From assembly GCF_009914755.1 (NCBI RefSeq), contig NC_060929.1: DNA of 64,000 nucleotides; one strand, 5' to 3'. Each line of letters starts with the position of its first letter. Positions within the stretch are counted from its first letter, which is position 1. Below, piece after piece: positions 31,410 through 43,880 of this stretch. The notes below the pieces were generated by a model. It was not told the DNA's origin and did no database searches. It worked only from the letters and a program-made list of their open reading frames with translations. A program made the translations under genes and the position numbers. Origin of the DNA: the human T2T-CHM13v2.0 reference genome, Homo sapiens.

Positions 31410-32137
31410 CACGTTATAATTACAACAGCTTATTTTAAACTGATGACCCCTTAACTTTGATCACAGTATAAGAATGGAAATAAAGAAACTCTAAAGCAAG
31501 AAACTCTAAAATACAGAAACTCTCCATATTAACTTCATTTTCTGCATCTCTCCCCCAGGCATAAATATTTTGACTTCTAGATGTCTCAATTTACATCTTT
31601 TATATTGTTTACCTCAATATATTTTTATTTTTATTATTGTTAATAATTTTGTCTTTTACTTTTTATGTTAAATATATGACAGGTTTACAAACCACAATTT
31701 CATCATTGGAGTATTCTGAATTTGTCTGACATTTACTTTTATCATTGAGTTTTATGCCTTTAAATTTTGTTGTTAAATATTACTGTCCTTTCCATTTAAA
31801 TTGCAGTACTTTATTTAGTACTTCTTCTAAGGTGGATCTGGTGGTCACACATTCCCTCAACTTTTGTTTGCCTGGCAAAATCTTTATTTCTGCTCCATGT
31901 TTGAGGATAGTTTTGCTGGATACATCATTCTGTGTTGGCAGGTTTTTGTTTCTGTTTTTGTTTTTGTATTTCAGCACTTTAAATATGTCACCCACTCCTT
32001 CCTGACTGCGTGATTTCTGCTGAGAAGTCTGCTTCAACACATTGAGGAGCTTCTTTATCTGCTATTTTCTTATTTTTTCTTGCTGCTTTTAGGGTCCTCT
32101 GTTCATCCTTCACCTTTTAGAGTTTGAATATTACTTG
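31410..32137 (-). mobile_element. Inverted continuation of the same L1M ORF1 and inter-ORF region
   Basis: ORF 31780..32040 (-) ...KQKLRECVTTRSTLEEVL is the ORF1p C-terminus; its start matches where the plus-strand part stops (caagtaa). Confidence 0.85.
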
Positions 32138-32342
32138 TGAGGCATTGAACTCAAGTGCAGTCCTGTTACAGCAGAAGGAAAAACGACCAAATTCAGCTGT
32201 GTCCACAGAGAGAGCATTTAAACCAGCCCTAGCCAGAAAAGAATTGCTCATTCCAGTGGTTGGAACTTGAGTTCCCATTAGTCTTGCCACTGCAGGCTAC
32301 AGCATTCTGTGTCTCCAAGTAAACTTGAAAAGCAGTCTAAGC

Positions 32343-32539
32343 CAGGGGTGTCCAATTTTTTGGATTCCCTGAGCCACATTGGAAGAAGAAGAATTGCCTT
32401 GTGCCACACATAAAAACACTAAAACTAACGATAGCTGATGGACTGAAAAAAAAAAGTCACAACAAAATCTTACTTGTAAACTTTTAAGAAAGTTTACAAA
32501 TTTGTGTTGGGCCACATTCAATTGGGTTGGACAAGCTTG
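32343..32539. mobile_element. MER30 (hAT-Charlie)
   Basis: caggggtgtccaa...ttggacaagcttg TIRs; 8-bp TSD gtctaagc/gtctaggt. Confidence 0.92.
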
Positions 32540-34225
32540 GTCTAGGTCATAAGGACTACAACTATTAGGTGAGTCCTAGTGTTAAACTCAGCCCAGAGAC
32601 AATGGACTTGGGGGGCACATGACATACTGAGGTCCAACTAGGGCAGCCAAGGAAGTGCTGCCATCACTCATTCCTCAAGGCCAGACCCCTTCCTTCTGCT
32701 TGAGGAAAGAAGAAGGAAAAGTGGGAAGAACTATGTCTTGCATCTAGGCTATCAGTTTAACCACAGCTCAACCACAGAAGGATAGGACACTGGTCAGAGT
32801 TATGAGGCCCCCGTTCCAGGTCCTAGCTCCTAGATGACATTACTAGACTCACCCTGAGCCAGAAGAGAATCCACTACCTTGAAGGAAAAGTCCTAGTCTT
32901 GGCAGCATTCAGCATCTGCTAACAGAAGAGCCCTTGGGCCTCAAATAACAAGCAGCAATACTCATGTACTACATCAAGGACCTTGATGAACCTCTTATAA
33001 TTACTGGCTTCAGGTGAGACTCAGCAAATTGCCAGCAGTGGTGAATATGTGGTGAAACCCCTTCTGCTTGAGAAAAGCAGAGAGAAAAGTAGAGGAGACT
33101 TTGTCTTGCACCTTAGATACCAGCATGAGTACAGGGCGGTAGAGCACCAAGTGGGCTCCTGGGGTCAATGATCCAATAAATTCACTTTTGAACAGCATTT
33201 CTGAACATTCCCGGGGCCAGAACCCACTGCCCCTGAGGGATAAGTCCCAGGTCAAAAAACATTCACAACAAGCTAACTAAGAGACCTTAGGCCTTAAGGG
33301 AACATTGGTGGTAGTCTGGCAATAATCCTCGTGGACTGGGATAGAAGTGGCTAGGAGGTGAGGCTCCTCTGCTTTTGGAAAGGGGAGGGAAGAGTGGGAA
33401 GGACTTCATCTTGGGTTTGAGTGCCAGCCTAGCTGCAATACAATAGAATACCAGGTAAAATTCTAAGGTTTTTGACTGAAGTCCCTAACTCCTGAATGGC
33501 ATTTCTGGACTCATCCAGGGCCTGGGGGATCTCACTGACTTGAAGGGAAGGACAAAGATCTGGCTGGCTTTGCCACCTGCTGATTGTAGAGCCCCAGGGC
33601 CTTGAGGGAACACAGGCAGTAGCCAGGGAGTGGATGAAACAGGCCTTGGGCAAGACCCAGAACTGTGCTGGCTTCAGATGTGAGCCAAGGCAGACACAGT
33701 AGTAGTGGCCATGGGAGTGTTTAGGCCATTCCAACCCCAGCTTTAGAAGATTCAGAAAGAGAGAGAGAGCGAGAGAAAGAAAGAGAAACTCTGTATGTTT
33801 GGAAGAAAGAAGAAAGTAAGGGAAGAGAACAAGAGTCTCTGCCTGGTAATCCAGAGAATTCTCCCGGATTTTATCCAAGACCTGCTAGGCAGTACCTCTA
33901 TGAGTCTGCAAGAACTACAGCATTACTGTACTTGGGGTGCCCTGTACAGCAGATACAGCTTAGATCACAACACTGAAGGCCTTTCAAATATCTGAAAGGC
34001 CTTCCCAAAAAGGATGACTACAAATAAACCCAGACAGTGAAGACTACAATAAATACCTAACTCTTCAATGGCCAGACACCAACGAACATCTACTAGCATC
34101 AAAATCATCCAGAAAATCATGACTTCACCAAATGAACTAAATAAGAAACCAAGAATCAATCCTGGAGAAACAGAGATATGTGACTTTTCAGAAAGAGAAC
34201 TCAAAATAGCTGTTGAGGAAACTCA

Positions 34226-34588
<363 letters not shown>

Positions 34589-37500
34589 TTAACAGATAAA
34601 TCGAAATAATTAAATAGAATCAAACAGACATTCTGGAACTGAAAAATATAACTGGCATACTGAAGAATGCATCCAAGTCCTTTAACAGGAGAACTGATCA
34701 AGCAGAAAAAAGAATTAGTGAACTTAAAAACAGGATATTTGAAAATAAAAATTGGAAGAGACAAAATAAAAAAATAAAAAGCAATAAAGCACATCTACAA
34801 AATCTAGAAAATACCCCCAAAGGGGCAAATGTAAGAGTTACTGGCCTTAAAGATGAGGTAGAGAAAGAGATAGAAATAGAATGTTTATTCAAAGGGATAA
34901 TAAGAGAACTTGCCAACGTAGAGATGACTCAATCAAAAGTAATAACTACAACAATTTTAAAGACATAGTTAATACAATAAGATATAAATAGAAACAACAA
35001 AAAGTTAAAAAGCAGAAGGATGAAATTAAGGCATAGAGTTTCATTATTATCCTTTTTGCTTGTTTGTTTGTTTACAGAAATACTGTTACGTTGTTATCAG
35101 TTTAAAATAATGGTTATAAGATAGCATTTGCAAGCCCTATAGTAACCTAAAGCAAAAAAAAAAAAAAAAAAAAGAATAAATTGCACAAAAAACAAAAAGC
35201 AAGGAACTAAATCACATCACAAGAGAAAATCACCTTCAGTAGAGGAAAACAGGAAGGAAAGAAAGCAGGAAGAGAAAACCACAAAACAACTAGAAAACAA
35301 ATAACAAATTGGCAGGAATAAATCCTTAATTATCAGCAATAACATTGAATGTAAATGGAGTAAACTCCTTAATAAAAATACATTGACTGGCTGAATGGAT
35401 AAAAAAAAAACAAAACCCATGGATTTATTGCCTACAAGAAATACACTTCACCTATAAAGACATATATGGACTGAAAATAAAGGGATGGAAAAAGATATTT
35501 CATGCCTATAGAAACTGAAAAAGAGTAGGAGTCACTATACTTATATCAGACAAAATAGATACCAAGACAAAAATTGTAAGAAGTGATAAAGAAGGACATT
35601 ATATAACAATAAAGGAGGCAATTCAGTAAGGGAATATAACAATTTTAAGTATATATGCACCCAATTCTGGAGCACCCAGATGTATATAAAAAAATATATT
35701 AGAGCTAAAGAAAGAGATAGGTCCCAATACAATAATAGCTGGTGACTTCAACACCTCACCTTCAGCATTGGACAGATCGTATGGACAGAAAATCAACAAA
35801 CAAATATCAGACTTAATCTGTACTGTAGACCAAATGAATCTAATATATATTTAGAGAACATTTCATCCTTGAGCTGCAGAATACACATTCTTTTTCTCAG
35901 CACATAGATTATTCTCAAGGATAAACCATATGTTAGGCCACAAAACAAGCCTTGAAACATTCAAAAAATTGAAATACTATCAAGTATCTTGTCTGGCCAA
36001 AATGAAATAAAACTAGAAATTAATAACAAGAGTAATTTTGAAAATGGTACTAATACATGGAAATTAAACAATATACTCCTGAATGATCAATGGGTAAATA
36101 AAGAAATAAAGGAGGAAATCAAAAAAATTCTTGAAACAAATGATAATGGAAGCACAACATACCAAAATTGATGAGATACAAAAAAAGGAGTACTAAGAGG
36201 GAAGTTACAGCTATAGGTGCCTATATAATAATGAGGAAAAACAGCAAATGAATTATCTACATATGCGTCTTAAAGAACTAGAAAAGCTAGAGAAAACCAA
36301 ACTCAAAATAAGTAGAAGAAAAAAAATAAGAAATCTCAGAGCAAAAATAAATGAAATTTAAATTTAAAGATACAAAAGATCAATAACCTCAAAGTTTGTT
36401 GTTTGAAAATTTAAACAAAATTGAGAAAACATTAGCCAGACTAAGAAAAAAATGAATCCAAATAAATAAAATCAGAAATGTAAAAGAAGACAACTGACAC
36501 TGCAGAAATTTAAAGGTTTATTAATGACTACTATGAGCAACTATATGCCAACAAGTGGGAAAATCTAGTGGAAATGGACAAATTTCTAGATACATACAAC
36601 CTACCAAGATTGAACCATGAATAAATCCAAAACTTGATCAGACCAATAAGTAATGAGATCAAAATTGTAATAAGTGTCACCTAATAAAAGTTTAAGATTT
36701 GATGGTTTTACCACTGAATTCTACCAAACATCTAAAGAAGAAATAATACCAGTACTATTCAAACTATTCTGAAAAATAGAGGAGGGAATACTTCCAAACA
36801 GTTGCAGCACTGTTTAAAATAGCTAAGAGTTGGAAGCAACCTAAGTGTCCATCAACAGATAATGTATAAAAAAATGTGGTACATATATACAATGGAGTAC
36901 TCTTCAGCCATAAAAAAAAAAAGAATACAGATCCAGTAATTTGCAGCAATGTGGATGGAACTGGAGATTATTATGTTAAGTGAAATAAGCCAGGAGCAGA
37001 AAGATAATCATCACATATTTCATTTACCTGTGGGATCTAAAAATCTAAACATTTGAACTCATGGACATAGAGACTAGAAGGATGGTTATCAGAGGTTAGG
37101 AAGGGTAGTGAGGAGCTTCGGGGGAAGATGGTGATGGTTAATGGTTATTAAAAAAATTAAAAAAAACAGAGAGAATAAGACCTACTATTTGATAACACAA
37201 TAGGGTGAATATAGACAATAATAACTTAATTGTACATTTTAAGATAACTTAAAGAGTATAACTGGATTGTTGGTAATTCAAACGATAAATGCTTGAGGGG
37301 ATGGATACCCCATTTTCCATGATTTGCTTATTTCACATTGCATGCCTGTAGCAAAACATCGCATGCACCTTATAACGATATATGATGGACCTACAAAAAA
37401 ATTTTTAAGAAAAAAACAAAAAAGGAGAGATGACCTAAATAAAATCAGAAACAAAAAAGAAGACAATATAACTGATGACAAAGAAAAAGAAAGGATAAAA

Positions 37501-38348
37501 AATGCTACTAAGAAGAACCATAAGCCAGCAAATTGGAAAATCTAGAAGAAATGGATAAATTCCTGCACACACACAACTTGACAAGATTGAATCATGAAGA
37601 AATAGAAAACCTAAACAGATCAATAACAAGTAACAAGACTGAAGCAGTAATAAAAATCTCCCATAAAAGAAAAGCCCAAAACCTGACAGCTTCACTGCTA
37701 AGTCTACCAAACAATTGAAGAACTAATATCCATTCTACTCTAACTATTCCAAAAAGTTTAATGGGGGGAATACTTCCAAACTCATTTTATAAGGTCAGCA
37801 TTACTTCCAGGCCAAAATCACTAATGAATATAAAAGCAAAAATCCTCAACAAAATACTAGTAAACCAAATTCAACAATACATTAAGAAGATCATTCACCA
37901 TGATCAAGTAGGATGCATCTCAGGTAATCAAGAATGATTCAAAATATACAAATCAATATATGTGATACATGAAAGTAACAGAATAACAAAACCCACTTGA
38001 ACATTTCAATAGATGCAGAAAAATATTTGATAAAATTAAACATCTCTTCATGATAAAAACTTTCAACAAATTGGTTACAGAAAGAAGGTACCACAACATG
38101 CTAAGTGTGACATACGACAAACCCTTAAGCTAAGATTGTACTGAATGAAGGAAAGCTGAAAGCTTTTCTCTAAGATCAGCAATAAGACAAAGATGCCCAG
38201 TTTCATGCTTCTATTCAACATAGTATTGGAAGTCCTAGCCACAGCAATCTGGCAAGAGAAAGAAATAAAAGCTATCAAACTGGAAAGGAAGATGTTAAAT
38301 TGTCCCTGTTTGCAGGCAACATAATCTTATATAGAGAAAAATCTGAAG

Positions 38349-38922
38349 TATTGATTTTATACATTGAAACATCCTTGAACCTCAGGGATGAATCCAACTG
38401 GATCATGTTGAATGGTCTTTTTAGTGTGCTTTTGAATTCTGTTTGCTAGTATTTTGTTGAGAATTTTTACATTTATGTTCATCAGGCATATTGGTCTGTA
38501 GTTTTCTTTTCTCATAGTGCCTCTGCATGGTTTTGGTGTAAGGATAATGTTGGTCTTTCAAAATAAGTTTGGACATATTTTCTCCTATAATTATTTGGAA
38601 GAATTCGAGAAACATTGGTATTACTTCCTTTTCAAATATTTAGTAGAAGTCATAGTAAACTTACCAGTTCTTGGGCTTTTCTTTGATGAGTATCTTTTTA
38701 TTTCTGATTCAATCTCCTTACCTTTTATTGGTCTGTTTAGATATCTCTTTCTTCATAACTCAATCTTGGTAGGCTGTATGAGTCTAGGAATTTATTCATT
38801 TTTTTAGGTTATCAAATTTGATGGCATACAATTCTTCATAGTAGTCTCATACAATTCTTTTTATTGATGTGGTATCAATTGTAATGGCTTCTTCTTAATC
38901 TCTGAATTTATTTATTTGAGTC
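38349..38922 (-). mobile_element. Antisense internal L1 ORF2 fragment inserted in the host L1
   Basis: Minus-strand ORF2 sequence (gtttgctagtattttgttgagaattttt); the host resumes collinearly at cataaaaaacttttagaactg. Confidence 0.85.
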
Positions 38923-40825
38923 CATAAAAAACTTTTAGAACTGATGAATGAATTCAGTAAAGGTACAGGACGCAAAACCAACATACAAAAACCAGTAGCA
39001 TTTTTATACTAACATTAAACTATCGGCAACAAAATCAAGAAAATAATTGCATTTACAAAAACTTTACAATAACTACGAAAAATAAGTACTTTAGAATAAT
39101 TTTAACCAAGGAGATAAAAAAATCTGTATACTGAAAACTGTAACATATTTACTAAAGGAATTGGAGAATACACAAAAAAAGTGAAAAGATACCCTCTGTT
39201 TAAGGATTGGAAGACAATATTGTTAAAATATCCATATTACCCAAAGTGACATACAGTTTCAATGCAATCAAAATTCTAATATTATTTTTCACAGAAACAG
39301 AAAAAAAATCTAAAATTTGTATGGAGCTACAAAAGCCTTGAATAGCCAAAACAATCTTATGCAAAAAGAACAAAGCTGGAGGAGACATACTACCTGACTT
39401 TAAAATATATTACAAAGCTATAGTAACCCAATCATCATGGTTGCATAAAAATAGATATGCAGACCAATAGAATACAATAAAAGTCCCATAAATAAATCCG
39501 TATATTTATAGCCACCTGATTTTTTGATAAAGGTGCCGGGAACACACATTAGGGAAAGGACAGAATCTTCAATAAATGATGTTGGTAAAACTGGATATCC
39601 ATATGCAGAAGAATGAAATTAGGCCCACATCTCTTACAATGTATTAAATCAACTCAAAATCGATTAAAGACTTAAGCCTAAGATAACAAAACTTTGAAAC
39701 TACTAGAAGAAATCATAGGGGGAATGTTCCATGACATTGGCTTGAGCAACAACTTTTTGGATAGGACAAAATCACAGACAACAAAAGCAAAAATAGACAA
39801 ATTGGATTACATCAAATTAAAAAGCTTCTCTATAGCAAAGGAGGAAATCAACAAAATGAAGAGAGAATCTATAGAATAGGAGAAAACATTTGCAAACTAT
39901 TCATCTGATAAACGGTGAATATCTAGATTATATAAGAAACTTAAACAACTCAATAGCAAGAAAACAAATAACCTGATTTTAAAATGGGCAAAATACCTAA
40001 ATAGATTTTTTTAAAACACTGTAAAAAATATCTATCAGGTATATGAAAATGTGGTCAAATCACTATCAAGGAAATGTGAATCAAATCCACAGAGAGATAT
40101 CACCTCACTTCTATTAGAATGGCTTTTATCAAAAAGACCAGAGTAAGCAAAGATGTGGGGAAAAGGAGCCTGACACACTGTTAATGGAAATGTAATGCTG
40201 TTATGTACAGCCATTATGGAAAATAGTATGTAGTTTTCTCAAAACATTAAAAATAGAACTCCCATGTTATCCAGAAATTTCACTACTGGGTATATATCCA
40301 AAGGAAATAAAATCAGTATGTGGAAGAAATGTCTATAATTCCATGGTCATTGCAGCATTATTCTCAATAGTCAAGATAGGGAACCAACCATGTGACCCTC
40401 TAAGGATGAATGGATAAAGAAAATATGGTGTATGTACAATATTTACCCTTAAAAAGAAGAAAGTCTTATAATTTCTGACAACATGAATGACCCAAGAGGA
40501 CATTATGTTAAGTGGAAGAAGACCCCCCTACCCCCCAAAAAAGCTGTATAATCTCACTCATATATAAATCTGAAAAAGTTGATCTTAGAAGTAGAGAGCA
40601 GAATTGTGTTCAATTCTACATGGATGGGGTTGAATTGGAAAAGGGGATTTGGTGAGATGTTGGTCATAAAATACATAATAACAGTTAGACAGGAGGAATA
40701 TGGTCAAGTAATTTATTGCACAGCATGACGTCTATTGTGAATGACAATATATTGTATTTTTCAAACATGCTGAGTGGATACTGTGTTCTCACCACAAGGC
40801 AATGGAATACATATACATTTCATTT

Positions 40826-40878
40826 ATATTATATTATATTATATTATATTATATTATATTATATTATATTATATTATA
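40826..40878. repeat. (ATATT)n pentanucleotide microsatellite, ~10 units
   Basis: Read directly in the sequence. Confidence 0.95.
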
Positions 40879-41379
40879 GTGAAGTCAATGTATTTGTTAA
40901 TTAGCCAGATAACCATTCCACAATGTTTATATACTTTCAACCCCATATTGCACATGATAAATACATAGAGTTTTATATGTTTTTTAAAAATTTCTTTATT
41001 TTTTAAAATAAATTTGAAAAAAAAAGAAACACACAGAAACTCTTTGACTAGAAATAGTGACTCTCCTATGTCTAAATCTACAAACCAATTGCATCTGTAG
41101 TCAATCTTCCTTCTGAGCTCCAGAATTCCCTGTCCTGCTTTCCCTGGAGGAAGCTAGAATTATTAATTAGTCATCATTTTCTTGTATGCCAATTTCTATC
41201 TACTGGTTCTTTACTGAAGTCCTTTAAAAATCCTCTTTTCTCTCTGCTTCACAGACAGGAAAGTTCTGCTTGATCATTCTTCCCTGTTTTGCCAGATCTA
41301 TAACTTATTTTTTTTTCCAGAAATAAGCTCCCATAAGGCATTATCAAGACTCTTTGTCTCATTTTTTTCACTACTTACA

Positions 41380-43240
41380 CATATCTCAACCCACTGACAT
41401 CTGGCTTTCATCGTCCTCATTCCTTTCAACTGCTCTCATAAAGGGTACTGATATCTCACCTATTGTTAATCCAATGTATTTTTACTTCCTATTTTACATA
41501 TGTCTCAGAAGGATGTGACACACTTGAGACTATTACACCTTTAAAAATTCTTTCCACTGATTTGATGACATAATTTTGGTTCTTTCTTTCTTTCTCCTTG
41601 AGATATATTCACTTTTATTTTCCCTTGCTGTATCTTTCTCACTGCCATTCTTTAAATGCTCTCCCATGATGATGACTAAACTCCCTTCTCTTCTCACACA
41701 AGCTCTCTCTGTTATATAACCATACTTATATGAATTCCATTGCCTTGTACATGCCAATGACTCCCTAATCCAAGTTAATCTGTATTCCCTTCCTGAGTGC
41801 CAAACACAACTCTCTTCTAGACATTTCTTCTGAAATATTTTTTAAATACCTCATGCACATGTTAAACACTAAACTAATCATGCTGGCTCAGTTTTCCCCT
41901 TTAAACACATCTTTTTCAGTGTTCAGTTTAGTAAAAGTATCCCCATTATCTACTCACTTATCAGACTGGACAAATCTTTCTTCATTTTCCCCTACATGCA
42001 ATCAATATTGAATTCCTGCCTAATGTACTTCTCAGCTCTTGATCCTACCCTTTCTTTCCATCTCCACTGACACACTTTTAATTCCAAGCTGAAATTTAAC
42101 AAATTTCTCTCATCTACAATCTCCAGAAAGATATGTATATCACTCTAATCATTTGGTACTCTTAATAGCTTTTGAGTAATCTAAAAAAATGCAAATCTGT
42201 TCATGTTGCGAGCTATATTAGACCTTTTTAGCTTCCTGTTACCTTTATGTCAAAGTCTATATGTTGAAGTCTAAGTTCCTTCACATAACTTACAATTCTC
42301 TTCATAATTCTAGGTTTCTCTACCTACTCAGTCTTGCCTTGTCATAATCGCTATCATTTTATAAGGCATAGATACTCTGGACTGCTCTTGTCTCCAAGAA
42401 TGTGTTGTGTCACTTTTCCCCATGTGTCTTTGAGGATGCTTTTGCCAGGTCTGAAATCTTCCTCCCCTTTTACCTGGCTGATGCCCACTCACTTTCAGGT
42501 CCCAACACATATGCCTTGAGACATTTTCTTGACCTAAGAATAAGTTAGTTTCCAGTGACAAGTGTGTCTAAGCATCTAAAATCAATAATTCCCTTTAATT
42601 TAATTACACTATTAACAGTTAGGGTTTAGAAAAAAAAAGGCTCACACAACATAGTTTTTTAAATATAGATTTTAGAAGAGTTGAAAAGCCAAACTAGATG
42701 AGAGGGCTACCCAAATTTAAGCAACAATTGGAATCTATAGGAACAAAGGGAAAAGGTGGTGCCATAAGTGCCCCAAATCCAGGGTGGCCAGATGTGAGTT
42801 GAAACCATGGAAAAGACTGTCCAGTGAGATGTGGGACCATGGGCTGAGTGGCCACCTGGAGGAACCGGGAAATGCTGAAGAGATGTAGCCACTGTTAGAA
42901 ATAGTGGCAGGAAGTACAGTAAAAGAAAGGAATACCTTAGATTTGCTTGTCTCTCTGGCTCTACCTCTGACCTCCCACTAGTGTGTTTTTGTGGCAGAAC
43001 CCAAACTGAAGCCTAGTAACATGGGAAGGAGATGCTGTCCAGGAACATCAGCCCCACTAGAATACAGAGAGTCAGGGGAAGATAGGTAGGGGACACATGA
43101 CCAGCACTCACAGTATGTTTTGAACAATTGTTTATTTTAAGAGGAAAAAGACTGTGCTTTTCCTGTTTACTATTTTCAGAATATGGCCTTTGCCTAGTTC
43201 ATAGTAGGTTTTCATAAGTATTTATTTGATGGATTAATGA
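41380..43240 (+). mobile_element. L2 remnant, probably interrupted by an unidentified old LTR-like segment at ~42620-43110
   Basis: Pyrimidine-rich L2 motifs (atctggctttcatc, ccaatgactccctaatc) and an L2 3' end (catagtaggttttcataagtatttatttgatggattaatga). Confidence 0.6.
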
Positions 43241-43779
43241 TGTCAGTGTCCCCAAATATGTATTCCTATTATATCTTATACATATATAAATAAAAACAAA
43301 TATATACACACACATATACACACACACTTTGTTTCCAGAATTTCAAATATTCTTAGTTAAGCTTTTGTCTTGATTACATTGTGATTACACAAATTCCTTA
43401 AGACACAGTTCTTTAGTTTCCTGTGCTGTACCTGAAACATACTTGCCTAATAAATTAAAAAATCAGGTATCTGAAATAGATAAAACTAGATAAGCACTAT
43501 TCTTCATATATGCCATCCTAATTCAGGTTCTTTCTGCTTGAGCATCTTACAACTCTACTGTTTACTTCCCCTCATAATGTATCCTTCCCTATCTTACTCC
43601 TTCTTTTTTCCATTTCTTTGGATGAATTTTGCTTCCTTAGTAAACTCCATTCTTGACAATTTCCTTCATAAGTGTCAATTTGGCTTGTGGCTCAGGAGAC
43701 AGATAGTTATACTGCATTTTCTAACATACATTAAAAGCTCTGAATTATATTCTGATATCAAATAACCGTAGAATTATAC

Positions 43780-43880
43780 AATGACAGCTCTGGATTGTAC
43801 TTTGATAAATCATCTAGTTTAATTCCGTTCTCTGTAAAAGGTTAATAATGGCAGTGTAGATAGCGGCTACCTCACACATT
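43780..43880 (+). mobile_element. MIR core fragment
   Basis: ttctctgtaaaaggttaataatg...ctacctcaca resembles the MIR core. Confidence 0.4.

Larger units (their letters stand above)
37423..41025 (+). mobile_element. L1MA4/5-like ORF2 and 3'UTR remnant
   Basis: ORF2 peptides ([25 protein letters not shown]); 3'UTR acagttagacaggaggaat; A-rich end near 41020. Confidence 0.85.
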
